Shown: positions 47,101 through 56,266 of the stretch, one piece after another
Numbering within the stretch: position 1 is the stretch's first letter
How the letters are laid out: every line of letters begins with the position of its first letter
Position numbers and translations under genes: made by a program
NCBI GenBank assembly: GCA_964646765.1
Contig: CAZYIA010000003.1
Coordinates: 2,815-66,814, forward strand
Length of the DNA: 64,000 bases
Source of the DNA: an uncultured Candidatus Saccharibacteria bacterium
GTDB lineage: Bacteria; Patescibacteriota; Minisyncoccia; Phycocordibacterales; UBA9973
Direction: 5' to 3'
The notes under the pieces: generated by a model
Seen by the model: only the letters and a program-made list of their open reading frames with translations
What the model was told of the DNA's origin: nothing
Database searches by the model: none

Positions 47101-47289
47101 CAAGTACAAAAAAGAGCCCGAAAGGGCCTTTTTTGTTTGACGCAGGCGAGCACGCAGACTGCTTTACGTGCGGGTGAGATTCGAAAGCCGCAGCGTGTCG
47201 CCTTGGCGACGGCGAGGCGGGGTCGCGAACACTTGGTAGTTTTGGGAGTGAGACGAGCAAAAATACTTAGTGATTCGTGACCGAATCTC
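47101..47289 (+). ncRNA. tRNA-trailer structured element, complete copy (tRNA-Ser)
   Basis: Hairpin; anti-acceptor CGCAGGCG; A; GCACGCAGA-CTGC-TTTACGTGC; GG; anti-T GTGAGATTCGAA; AGCCGCAGC…GCGAGGCGG GGTCGCGAA…TTCGTGACC; sense copy CGAATCTC. Confidence 0.75.
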
Positions 47290-47313
47290 CCGTTCTTAAG
47301 TTTTAGTCGCGGG

Positions 47314-47332
47314 CGAATCGGCCGTCTCCGCA
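47314..47332 (+). repeat. Degenerate direct repeat of the tRNA-Ser 3' end (att-like)
   Basis: CGAATCGGCCGTCTCCGCA vs tRNA CGAATCTCACCGCCTCCGCA. Confidence 0.5.
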
Positions 47333-47364
47333 GAAATAGATAATTCTGATATTATTTTAATTGC

Positions 47365-47781
47365 ATGGAAGGAAAACCTCCTAAAATTGGAAAGCCAAAC
47401 ATCGAAGTCTTAGAACAGGGTAATGACATATCTTTCACTGCTCGACAACAAGAAAAAATACTCGCATCCTTGCAATGTGAAAAAGATTTGCCGCGCGCAG
47501 CACTCATTGCTCGGACAATTGTTGTTGAAAAAGATTTTACTAAACAGGGAATAGGTAGCAACTTACTTATCGAAGCTATTAACTATGCGAGAAGTCATAA
47601 ACTTTCACTCGAAACTGACTACGGTATTAGTGAAAACGCTGAAAAACTAATCCAGTCTCTTTCTGAGAAAGGATATTCATTTATCAAAAATTCTGGGGCT
47701 ATTGAGCGAGCCGGGACTGAAGGAAAGAGAATTGTTACGCTAGATGGATCTCCTGTCTATATTTTAGAAGATAAAGAGTAG
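47365..47781 (+). CDS. GNAT-family acetyltransferase
   Basis: 'VEKDFTKQGIGSNLL' acetyl-CoA motif. Confidence 0.75.
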   Translation: MEGKPPKIGKPNIEVLEQGNDISFTARQQEKILASLQCEKDLPRAALIARTIVVEKDFTKQGIGSNLLIEAINYARSHKLSLETDYGISENAEKLIQSLSEKGYSFIKNSGAIERAGTEGKRIVTLDGSPVYILEDKE

Positions 47782-47790
47782 ATACTAACC

Positions 47791-48213
47791 ATGACAAATA
47801 TAAATCCTTGGATCAATTTTAATGGTAATGCCGAAGAAGCGTTCACTTTCTATAAGTCAGTCTTTGGCGGAGAGTTTGGAAAAATCGTACGCCTCAAAGA
47901 TCTGGCAACTCCTGAATTTCAGGTAGAGGAAAAAGATGCGAATAAAATTATGCTCATTACCTTGCCAATAGGTAACAATATGCTGATGGCTAATGATGTG
48001 CCGGAATTTTTGGGTAAAGTAAATGAGCGTGAAAATCGAAGTAAAATTTCAGTAAGCGTAGATTCTAAAGAAGAAGCCAACAGAATCTTCAGCGGCCTTT
48101 CAGTAGGTGGGGAAATAGAGGCTCCAATGGGTGATAGTCCCTGGGGAACGTACTTCGGTGCATTTCGAGATAAGTACGGTATTGAGTGGATGATTGAATT
48201 TAATTCAAAATAG
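47791..48213 (+). CDS. VOC/PhnB-family protein
   Basis: '[19 protein letters not shown]', '[14 protein letters not shown]'. Confidence 0.9.
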   Translation: MTNINPWINFNGNAEEAFTFYKSVFGGEFGKIVRLKDLATPEFQVEEKDANKIMLITLPIGNNMLMANDVPEFLGKVNERENRSKISVSVDSKEEANRIFSGLSVGGEIEAPMGDSPWGTYFGAFRDKYGIEWMIEFNSK

Positions 48214-48218
48214 TCAGT

Positions 48219-48566
48219 ATGCTTAAACACAATCTTTACAAAACTCCTTTCGCAAAGGTCTATCCCTATTACGTTGCCAAAGCGGAGAAAAAAGGCCGAA
48301 CTAAAGCTGAAGTAGACGAAATTATTCGTTGGCTAACTGGATATACCCAGAAGCAGTTTGAGGCGCACTTAAAAAAGCAAACCGACTTTGAAACTTTTTA
48401 TACTAAAGCAAAAATGAATCCTCTGCGATCACTTATTATCGGCGTAGTATGTGGCGTACGAATTGAAGAAATTAAAGATCCAATTATGCGAGAGATTCGC
48501 TATCTAGATAAACTGATTGATGAGTTGGCAAAAGGGAGGCCAATGGAAAAAATTAAACGAACTTAA
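48219..48566 (+). CDS. DUF2200-family protein
   Basis: '[15 protein letters not shown]', '[11 protein letters not shown]', '[13 protein letters not shown]'. Confidence 0.88.
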   Translation: MLKHNLYKTPFAKVYPYYVAKAEKKGRTKAEVDEIIRWLTGYTQKQFEAHLKKQTDFETFYTKAKMNPLRSLIIGVVCGVRIEEIKDPIMREIRYLDKLIDELAKGRPMEKIKRT

Positions 48567-48587
48567 AACTAGTTCGCTTGTTTAAGT

Positions 48588-48621
48588 AAAAAAATAGCTG
48601 GGCAAACCCAGCTATTTTTTT
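48588..48621. terminator. Bidirectional terminator
   Basis: AAAAAAATAGCTGGG-CAAA-CCCAGCTATTTTTTT. Confidence 0.8.
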
Positions 48622-49174
48622 ACATCTCTTCAATTTCTTTTCGTAGTTTTTTGATTTCACCACGTTCGTCACTAATACGAGAATTTCTATTTCGTCCATT
48701 AACAGGCTCGCCAAGATCTTCAAGTTCGTTCATGGTGTGAAAATCTTCCTCGTGTGTTTCGGTTTGCTGGCGTATTTCTTCTAGTTCTTTATCAACAGGA
48801 GGCATGAAAAGCTTCTTTAGAAGCTCCGTATTTTTTGGATTGATGACAAATTCCTTTTTTCCCGAAGGAGTGTCATCAAGAGCAAGAAAGTCACCCGGAA
48901 AATCTTCAGAGCCCATTCCCTCAAGTCTGTACAGCAAGGTTGATCGTGCTATCCCTGCATCACCAAAATATTTTTTATATTCAGCATACAGTTTTTCAGG
49001 TCGTACAAATCCATCTTTTTCAGTTTCTCCTTCGTAGTCAAACGGGATATTTTTTAATGCTTCTTGGAAAGAAACAAACTCTCTTTCAAGAGGATATGAC
49101 TCATGCTCAGCGCCTATCTTATACTTCGGAGATTTAGGAGCTTCTGGTGCCGGAAAACCGTTTTCTATCTTCAT
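48620..49174 (-). CDS. Hypothetical acidic protein
   Basis: 184-aa ORF with natural composition, ending at the terminator. Confidence 0.7.
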   Translation of the reverse strand: MKIENGFPAPEAPKSPKYKIGAEHESYPLEREFVSFQEALKNIPFDYEGETEKDGFVRPEKLYAEYKKYFGDAGIARSTLLYRLEGMGSEDFPGDFLALDDTPSGKKEFVINPKNTELLKKLFMPPVDKELEEIRQQTETHEEDFHTMNELEDLGEPVNGRNRNSRISDERGEIKKLRKEIEEM

Positions 49175-49219
49175 ACTGTATATCCTTACTAATTAGAGCT
49201 TTTGTGTCAAACAGGTAAT

Positions 49220-50134
49220 TTATACTCCCAGTGCTTCGCACAACAGCGCCATGCGGATATACAAGCCATTTTGTGGCTGGCGGAAGTAGGCGGCGCGCTT
49301 GTCGGCATCGATTGCGGTGTCGATTTCGTTTACTCGCGGTAGGGGGTGCATGATGATTGCGGTTGGTTTCATCAAGTCTAAATGAGGAGCTTTAAGGAGG
49401 AACATATCTTTCACTCGCTCGTAATCTTCTTTGTTTTCAAAACGTTCTTTTTGAACGCGCGTCATATATACAACATCAGCGGCTTTGAGCGCTTCGTCGA
49501 GATTTTCGGTTTCGGTAAATGAAACTCCTTTTTCATAAAGTTCGCTCGTTAATTCTTCTGGTACGCGAAGTTCTTTTGGCGAAACAAAGATAAATGAGTT
49601 GTTTGAATATTCAATAAGAAGAGGAACAAGGGAATGAAGTGTGCGGCTATTTTTTAGGTCGCCAACAAACACGACCGTTAAGTTTTCGAGCCGGCCTTGT
49701 TCTTTTTGAATGGTGTACAGATCAAGAAAACCTTGTGAAGGATGTTGGTTGGCGCCATCACCAGCGTTTAATACTGGTTTGGTTGCCACTTTTGCTGCTG
49801 CTTCGGCAGAACCAATTTTTGGATGGCGCATGACGATGGCGTCAGCATATGACGAGAGCATGCGCGCAGTGTCTTCGATGGTTTCGCCTTTAAATGCAGA
49901 AGAACTCTCGGCAGCATTTTCAACGGTGATGATTTGGCCGCCTAAGCGAAGCACAGCCGTTTCAAATGAGAGACGAGTGCGGGTTGAAGGCTCAAAGAAA
50001 ACTGAAGCGACAATTTTGCCTTTCAAAAGTTCAGGCAGCGTGCCGTTTGCGTGTTCAACTTCAAGCGCTTTTGCTCGAGCGAGAATGTTCTCGACGTCGC
50101 TTTTTGAAAACTGGCTGGTGGAGAGAATATGCAT
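49220..50134 (-). CDS. pyrB: Aspartate carbamoyltransferase
   Basis: 'FFEPSTRTRLSF', 'NAGDG..QHPSQ', 'RVQKER', 'MHPLPR'. Confidence 0.96.
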   Translation of the reverse strand: MHILSTSQFSKSDVENILARAKALEVEHANGTLPELLKGKIVASVFFEPSTRTRLSFETAVLRLGGQIITVENAAESSSAFKGETIEDTARMLSSYADAIVMRHPKIGSAEAAAKVATKPVLNAGDGANQHPSQGFLDLYTIQKEQGRLENLTVVFVGDLKNSRTLHSLVPLLIEYSNNSFIFVSPKELRVPEELTSELYEKGVSFTETENLDEALKAADVVYMTRVQKERFENKEDYERVKDMFLLKAPHLDLMKPTAIIMHPLPRVNEIDTAIDADKRAAYFRQPQNGLYIRMALLCEALGV

Positions 50135-50135
50135 G

Positions 50136-53100
50136 TTAGCTTACGTATTCTTTGTATGACTTAATTTCGAGATCATCGATAGAGTAGTTGGAGAGAGCTT
50201 TTACGAAGGCACGGGCGAGGTGAAGATCGGTGAAGAGGGGAATTTGGTTGTCGACAGCCGCGCGGCGAATCTGGAAACCATCGGTTGTTTTCTTACCTGC
50301 TTTTATGCGTCCGGTCTCACTTAAATTTACCACAAAGCCAACATTCTTGCCGTTTACAAGATCGAGGAAGTTTGGTGATGGCTCAGAAGCCTTGCGAACC
50401 ATATTACAAGCCACGCCTTGGCCTTTTAAGAAGTTTGCCGTGCCTTCGGTTGCTGAAATGTTATAGCCAAGGGTAACGAGCTGGCGGGCTGCTTCGATAA
50501 ATTTGGCTTTGTTGATTTCACCGCCCAGAGAAAGGAGAACATCTTTTTTACGATAGTCGAAAGTGTGCGCACTCATAATCGATTTCAAAAGTGCTTCGTC
50601 GTAGTCCTTGCCGAAACAAGCCACTTCGCCGGTTGATGACATTTCGACGCGGAGAATTGGGTCGGCACCCAAGAGGCGAGAGAAGGAAAACTGCGGTGAT
50701 TTTACGATCACGCTTCGTGGATATTCGTAGTCGTGCTTTTTAGCTTTGCCAAAGAAACTGTCGACAGCCATGCCTGGAAAGTTTACGTCCATAGCTTTTG
50801 AAAGCATGGGGAAGGTTCGAGATGCGCGAAGGTTCACTTCGATAACTGATGGCTTGTTATCTTTCACCAAGAACTGAATATTGAACGGGCCAGTGATCGA
50901 AAGTTCTTTAGCAATTTTTTTCGAGATATCGCGAATCTGAAATTCAGTTGAAGCGTACACACGTTGCGTAGGGAAGACGATCGTGGCGTCACCAGAGTGC
51001 ACACCAGCGTTTTCAACGTGTTCAGAAATTCCGTACACCATCAGTTCGCCGTTCTGGGCTACCGCATCAAACTCAAGTTCCTTAGCGTTCTCGACGAATT
51101 TCGAAATCGTTACTGGATGCTCTGGGCCAAGCACTGCTGCTTTGCCAATAAAGGCTTCAAGCTGTTCTTGGTTATAACAGACACTCATGGCCGCACCAGA
51201 GAGCACGTATGATGGACGAACGAGTACAGGGTAGCCAACAGCGTCAGTAAATTTTTTGGCTTCTTCTACCGTGCTGAAACTCTGCCACTTTGGCTGAAGA
51301 ATTTCGAGCTTATCGAGCATGGCCGAGAAAGCGTTACGATCTTCAGCGCGGTCGATGTTGGCGGCAGTTGTACCAAGAATAGGGAAGCCTTCTTTTGAAA
51401 GTTTCTTAGCGAGGTTGTTTGGACGCTGGCCACCCACTGAAATAATCAGGCCGCCAGAATGTTCGAACTCAAAAATGTCAGCAACGGTTTCAAATGAGAG
51501 GTTTTCGAAGTAGAGGCGATCAGAGATATCGTAGTCGGTTGAAACAGTTTCTGGATTACAGTTTACGATGACTGAAAGTTTTTTGTGGCGCTTAAGAGCG
51601 AGGGCTGCATTCACACATGACCAGTCGAATTCAACTGAAGAACCAATGTGGTATGGGCCAGAACCAAGCACGGTGATGGCGCTTTTACCAAGCGGCTTCA
51701 CATCATGGTGATTGCCGTGATAGGTGAGGTAGAGGTAGTTGGTTTTTGCTGGCACTTCGCCGGCGAGGGTATCGATTTGGAAAACGTTCGGCATGATGCC
51801 AAGTTTCTTACGGAGCTTTCGGACTTCGAATTCAGTTTTGTGGAGGAGAGCGCCGATTTTTTTATCAGAGAAACCAAGCTGTTTTAAGTTTGTGAGATTT
51901 TCTTTATCGAGTTTTTTAGTAACGAGCAGATCTTTTTCTGCTTCAACAATTGCCTGCACGCGGTAGAGGAACCATGGATCAACACCAGTGATTTTATAGA
52001 GCTCTTCGACTGACTTTCCGCGTTTCAAACTTTCGGCGATAGCAAAGAGTCGCTTCGGAGTTGGTGTTTCCAAAAACTTTTTCAGCGTTTCATCGCCAAA
52101 GCCGTTATCGGTTACGCTTTCAATCGCACCGCTTTGCATGCGCACCGCCTTTTGTAGTGCTTCTTCAAAGTTTCGGCCAATAGCCATTACTTCACCAACC
52201 GATTTCATTGCGCTACCAATTTTCTCATCAGCGCCAACAAATTTTTCCAAGTCCCAGCGTGGGAATTTAACCACCACATAGTCGAGGGCTGGCTCGAAGA
52301 AGCTTTGAGTAACTTGAGTGATTTTGTTTTTGATATCGAGGAGGCTGTAGCCAAGAGCGAGTTTTGCGGCAACGTAGGCGAGAGGGTAGCCCGTAGCTTT
52401 TGATGCAAGCGCTGAAGAGCGGGAGAGACGAGCGTTTACTTCGATAACATAGTAGTCGAGTTCGCCATTTTTTGGGTTTGGATTTACGGCGTACTGCACG
52501 TTACATTCGCCAACAATGCCGAGCGACTGCACTATCTTAATAGAAGCGAGGCGAAGGCCATGATATTCGTCGTTTGAAAGGGTCTGCGATGGAGCGATAA
52601 CAATTGAGTCGCCAGTGTGAATACCGAGCGGATCAAAGTTTTCCATGTTACATACCGTCACCGTATTGTTGAATGAATCACGTACCACTTCGTACTCAAG
52701 TTCTTTAAAGTGGTGAAGATACTTTTCAATAAGTACTTGTGGCGAAACTGCGAGCGCACCTTCTACAATTTCTTTGAGTTCTGCTTCTGTGTGAGCCACA
52801 CCTGACTTTTGGCCGCCGAGAGTAAATGCTGCGCGTACCATAACCGGCAAACCGATTTGAGTAGCCAGTTTTTGTGCCTCTACTAAAGTTGTAGCTGCCC
52901 CAGAAGGAGCAGTTGGAATACCGATAGCACGGAGGTGGTCAGCAAAGAGCTGGCGGTCTTCGGTAAGTTCAATGGAGTCAACCGGTGTCCCGAGTACTGC
53001 GACCCCATATTTTTTGAGAATGCCTTTTTCTCGAAGAGCTAAACCACAGTTAAGTGCTGTTTGGCCGCCGAATGAGAGCATGATGCCGTCCGGCTTTTCT

Positions 53101-53330
53101 TTAGCAATTACTTTTTCAACGAAATAGGTGTTCACTGGTAAAAAGTACACTTCGTCAGCAAGTTCTTTCGACGTTTGAAATGTCGCAATGTTTGGGTTGA
53201 TGAGAATACTTTTGATTCCTTCTTCTTTGAGCGCCTTGATTGCTTGTGAGCCCGAATAATCGAATTCGCCGGCTTCACCAATTTTAAGCGCGCCACTTCC
53301 AAGCACTAGAATTTTTTTGAATTTTTTCAT
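50136..53330 (-). CDS. carB: Carbamoyl-phosphate synthase large subunit
   Basis: 'GEAGEFDYSGSQA', 'GIHTGDS', 'VSTDYD', 'RPSYVLSG', 'GVHSGDA'. Confidence 0.97.
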   Translation of the reverse strand: MKKFKKILVLGSGALKIGEAGEFDYSGSQAIKALKEEGIKSILINPNIATFQTSKELADEVYFLPVNTYFVEKVIAKEKPDGIMLSFGGQTALNCGLALREKGILKKYGVAVLGTPVDSIELTEDRQLFADHLRAIGIPTAPSGAATTLVEAQKLATQIGLPVMVRAAFTLGGQKSGVAHTEAELKEIVEGALAVSPQVLIEKYLHHFKELEYEVVRDSFNNTVTVCNMENFDPLGIHTGDSIVIAPSQTLSNDEYHGLRLASIKIVQSLGIVGECNVQYAVNPNPKNGELDYYVIEVNARLSRSSALASKATGYPLAYVAAKLALGYSLLDIKNKITQVTQSFFEPALDYVVVKFPRWDLEKFVGADEKIGSAMKSVGEVMAIGRNFEEALQKAVRMQSGAIESVTDNGFGDETLKKFLETPTPKRLFAIAESLKRGKSVEELYKITGVDPWFLYRVQAIVEAEKDLLVTKKLDKENLTNLKQLGFSDKKIGALLHKTEFEVRKLRKKLGIMPNVFQIDTLAGEVPAKTNYLYLTYHGNHHDVKPLGKSAITVLGSGPYHIGSSVEFDWSCVNAALALKRHKKLSVIVNCNPETVSTDYDISDRLYFENLSFETVADIFEFEHSGGLIISVGGQRPNNLAKKLSKEGFPILGTTAANIDRAEDRNAFSAMLDKLEILQPKWQSFSTVEEAKKFTDAVGYPVLVRPSYVLSGAAMSVCYNQEQLEAFIGKAAVLGPEHPVTISKFVENAKELEFDAVAQNGELMVYGISEHVENAGVHSGDATIVFPTQRVYASTEFQIRDISKKIAKELSITGPFNIQFLVKDNKPSVIEVNLRASRTFPMLSKAMDVNFPGMAVDSFFGKAKKHDYEYPRSVIVKSPQFSFSRLLGADPILRVEMSSTGEVACFGKDYDEALLKSIMSAHTFDYRKKDVLLSLGGEINKAKFIEAARQLVTLGYNISATEGTANFLKGQGVACNMVRKASEPSPNFLDLVNGKNVGFVVNLSETGRIKAGKKTTDGFQIRRAAVDNQIPLFTDLHLARAFVKALSNYSIDDLEIKSYKEYVS

Positions 53331-53331
53331 C

Positions 53332-54411
53332 TTATTTCTTTGCGGACTTTTTAGCCGGAGCGACGAGGCCAGCTTTTTCTAAGAAGTAATCAAAGATCCA
53401 GTCAGTATCGAGTGGGCCAGGGGAGCTTTCAGGGTGGAACTGTACACTCATAAATGGAAGTTTTTCGTGAATGATTCCTTCGTTCGTGCCGTCGTTTCCG
53501 TTATAGAACCATTCTTTAAATCCTTTCGGAATTTTCTTTACTGCAAAGCCGTGGTTTTGGGTGGTGAGGTAGGCTTGCTTGGTTCCGGAGAGTACCGCTG
53601 GTTGGTTTTGGCTGCGGTGGCCGAATTTTAGTTTGTAGGTAGAGCCGCCAGACGCGAGTGCTAAAATTTGGTTACCAAGACAAATACCGAGGGTTGGAAT
53701 TTTCTTAGCCACAATCTTTTTTACGTTCGCAATTGTTGCTTTTACTTTCGTTGGATCACCAGGACCGTTTGAAATGAGTACTGCATCAACAGGGAATGGG
53801 AGTGCGGTGACGTCGGTATCCCAAGGAACGACAACCACTTTTAATCCGCGAGCGAGTAAACGGCGAACCATGTTGCGCTTTTCGCCACAGTCGATAACCA
53901 CAATTGTTTTTGCGCCGTTACCTTGCGAGACAATTTCTTTGGTTGAAACTTCAGCAGAAAGGTTACGAACGTTTGGATCTTCAAACGGAATGTTTTTTCC
54001 GCCTGCCTGAATTTTGCCAAGCATCACACCTTTAGTGCGGAGTTTTTGAGTAAGGCCGCGAGTGTCTTTTATTTCAAGCGCTGGAATACCTTCAGCTTTG
54101 AACCAATCAGAGAGAGTGCGGAGGGAAGCATGATGCGATGGTGTGCCCACATAGGAAGAAACGATGAGACCGGCAACTTGGATTTTTGAAGATTCCCAAC
54201 TTTCTGGTTTCGGTACGCCATAGTTTCCAACAAGTGGAAATGTCATAACCAAAATTTGCCCGCGGAATGATGGATCGGTTAACGCTTCGGGGTAGCCCAC
54301 CATACCGGTAGCAAATACCACTTCGCCCGCCATCGAAACATCGGCGCCGAAACTCATTCCTTCTAATGTTGTGCCGTCTTTTAAGACCAGCGTTCCTTTT
54401 TTAGTTGCCAT
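53332..54411 (-). CDS. carA: Carbamoyl-phosphate synthase small (glutaminase) subunit
   Basis: 'GEVVF.TGMVGY…TDPS', 'SNGPGDP', 'GICLGNQ', 'QFHPE'. Confidence 0.97.
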   Translation of the reverse strand: MATKKGTLVLKDGTTLEGMSFGADVSMAGEVVFATGMVGYPEALTDPSFRGQILVMTFPLVGNYGVPKPESWESSKIQVAGLIVSSYVGTPSHHASLRTLSDWFKAEGIPALEIKDTRGLTQKLRTKGVMLGKIQAGGKNIPFEDPNVRNLSAEVSTKEIVSQGNGAKTIVVIDCGEKRNMVRRLLARGLKVVVVPWDTDVTALPFPVDAVLISNGPGDPTKVKATIANVKKIVAKKIPTLGICLGNQILALASGGSTYKLKFGHRSQNQPAVLSGTKQAYLTTQNHGFAVKKIPKGFKEWFYNGNDGTNEGIIHEKLPFMSVQFHPESSPGPLDTDWIFDYFLEKAGLVAPAKKSAKK

Positions 54412-55630
54412 ACACTCTTCCTTTAATTACTGTCATAACCTGACGACCAGGAAACTCCAGGCCCTCAAACGGCGACCAACCGCATTTGGTTTTTAAATGT
54501 GACCTCTCAATAACTTTTTCTCCGGTAATATCACGAATCGTTAGAGAACCAACATAGCCTTCCTCGATTTTTCCGTACTTTGTAGGGAGGAAATTATTCA
54601 AAAAGTTTCCGGGATTTTCGGCGCAGACGCGAGCAATATCTTCGGGAGTAAAACTATGTTCGCGCATGAGCCAGTTGGTGAACGGAGCGTAGGTGTCGAG
54701 ATGTGGCATTCCAGAAATCCCAGTTTGTTTTTCTTCGAGGGTGTGTGGTGCGTGATCGGTAGCGAGATAATCGATGCGGCCATCTTTGAGAGCGGCGATG
54801 AGGGCTAGGCGATTTTCTTTGGTTTGGCGAATTGGCGGATTAACTTGGAGTTTGCGGTGGAGTTCAGTGTCGAACATTGATGCATCAAAGTAGAGATGAT
54901 GCGGTGTTACTTCAACAGTGACATCAACGCCGCGCTTTTTTGCTTCGTTTATTTTTTCCACTGCTTCTATAGTTGAAGCGTGGCAGATTTTTCCGTGAAG
55001 TTCGTATTTTTCAATGAGAGCGATGGCGGTGTCGACGGCAGATGCTTCGGCTTCGGGTGGCCGCTTAGCTTCATGCGTGCGAGCGTTTTTGTGTTCGTCC
55101 ATAATTTTTGGGTCTTCGCAGTGGAAACTGACAAACTCGCCGCGATAATTTTCGAGCGCCTTTTCTAAATCTTCACGTGAAGTAAAGAACATGTCGCCGA
55201 TTGATTTTCCCATGAACACTTTGTAGGGAACTTTTTTTGAAAGTGGTTTGGTGTGGACACCGATCGCTGCGTATAACAGTACTTCGGCAATTGATTTTTT
55301 AGTGAGCAGTTCTTTTGCCGCGTAGGTTGCATCATCAGATGGGGGAATTGGGTTGTTTGGCATTTCAGCGTAGGCAACTACACCGCCATTTACTGCAGCG
55401 AGGCCGGCAGTTTTAAAATCCTCTTTATATTCTTGGGTGTGGCTCATGTCTTCACGAGCGTGGACGTGGAGATCGATGAAGCCCGGGAAGATCAGTTCGC
55501 TTGCGAGGGTAATGTCGGCGCTTCCAGTTGGCTCACTAATAGAAGTAATAAGGCCGGTTGCCGTATCGATTTCAATTCGGCAGCGTTTGACCCCTGTATT
55601 CAGTACAGCGTTTCCTTCGATACTAAACAT
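54401..55630 (-). CDS. pyrC: Dihydroorotase
   Basis: 'PGFIDLHVHAR', 'MPN', 'EVTPHHL', 'VNPP', 'ATDHAPH'; start at ATG 55630. Confidence 0.92.
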   Translation of the reverse strand: MFSIEGNAVLNTGVKRCRIEIDTATGLITSISEPTGSADITLASELIFPGFIDLHVHAREDMSHTQEYKEDFKTAGLAAVNGGVVAYAEMPNNPIPPSDDATYAAKELLTKKSIAEVLLYAAIGVHTKPLSKKVPYKVFMGKSIGDMFFTSREDLEKALENYRGEFVSFHCEDPKIMDEHKNARTHEAKRPPEAEASAVDTAIALIEKYELHGKICHASTIEAVEKINEAKKRGVDVTVEVTPHHLYFDASMFDTELHRKLQVNPPIRQTKENRLALIAALKDGRIDYLATDHAPHTLEEKQTGISGMPHLDTYAPFTNWLMREHSFTPEDIARVCAENPGNFLNNFLPTKYGKIEEGYVGSLTIRDITGEKVIERSHLKTKCGWSPFEGLEFPGRQVMTVIKGRVYGN

Positions 55631-55720
55631 ATATTTGGGACAAAAAAATAGCCCCCACAACGGGGACTTCCTCGATACAATCTGCGGAGCTCTTCGCCTC
55701 GGCATTACGACACATTGGGT
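55631..55720 (-). promoter_or_regulatory. Structured 5' leader with intrinsic terminator (attenuator) upstream of the pyr operon
   Basis: -10 TGcTATCAT at 55732-55724; stem-loop; then AGTCCCC-GTTGT-GGGGGCT-ATTTTTTT ending 11 nt before ATG. Confidence 0.6.
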
Positions 55721-55832
55721 ACGATGATAGCATCTTTCGTTAGTATTGCAAGCAAAAGCAGGTTTTTATATATCTTTAAAATACATTGAAAAATAAGGGT
55801 TAAATTGGATATTTAGTAATCCCCATGCTACT

Positions 55833-56264
55833 ATGCATAGAGTGAAGTATCTCGGTATCGATTATGGCACCAAACGTATCGGCCTCGCCCTCTCGGACGA
55901 GAGCGGCACTTTAGCATTTCCGCACAGTGTTTTGCCCAATGCAATGGGTGTAACAGCAGCAATTGAAGATTTAATTCGAAGTGAAAAGATTGAAGGTATT
56001 GTGATGGGAGAATCTATCGCAGCAGACGGTAGTGAAAATCCAGTACAAGCCCAAGCAAAAAATTTTGCCGTAGCACTCGAGCGTCGTTTTGAGGTGCCGG
56101 TATATTTTGAAAAAGAATTTTTTACCTCAGCACACGCGCATGGCGGAAAAGGGAAAGAGTCTCTCCATGCTCGCCAAACAAAATTTAACGCGCCAGAAAA
56201 TTTAGATGCTTCTGCCGCCGCACTCATTCTTCAGCGGTATTTAGATAAACAGAAAAAGTCTTAG
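55833..56264 (+). CDS. ruvX: YqgF/RuvX pre-16S rRNA nuclease (start may be GTG 55842)
   Basis: 'LGIDYGTKRIGLALSD', 'E.FTS', 'DASAAALILQ'. Confidence 0.93.
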   Translation: MHRVKYLGIDYGTKRIGLALSDESGTLAFPHSVLPNAMGVTAAIEDLIRSEKIEGIVMGESIAADGSENPVQAQAKNFAVALERRFEVPVYFEKEFFTSAHAHGGKGKESLHARQTKFNAPENLDASAAALILQRYLDKQKKS

Positions 56265-56266
56265 CT

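Noticed and set aside
46950-47260. Two minus-strand ORFs
   Set aside because: Antisense to tRNA-Ser and its GC-rich trailer; no protein features.
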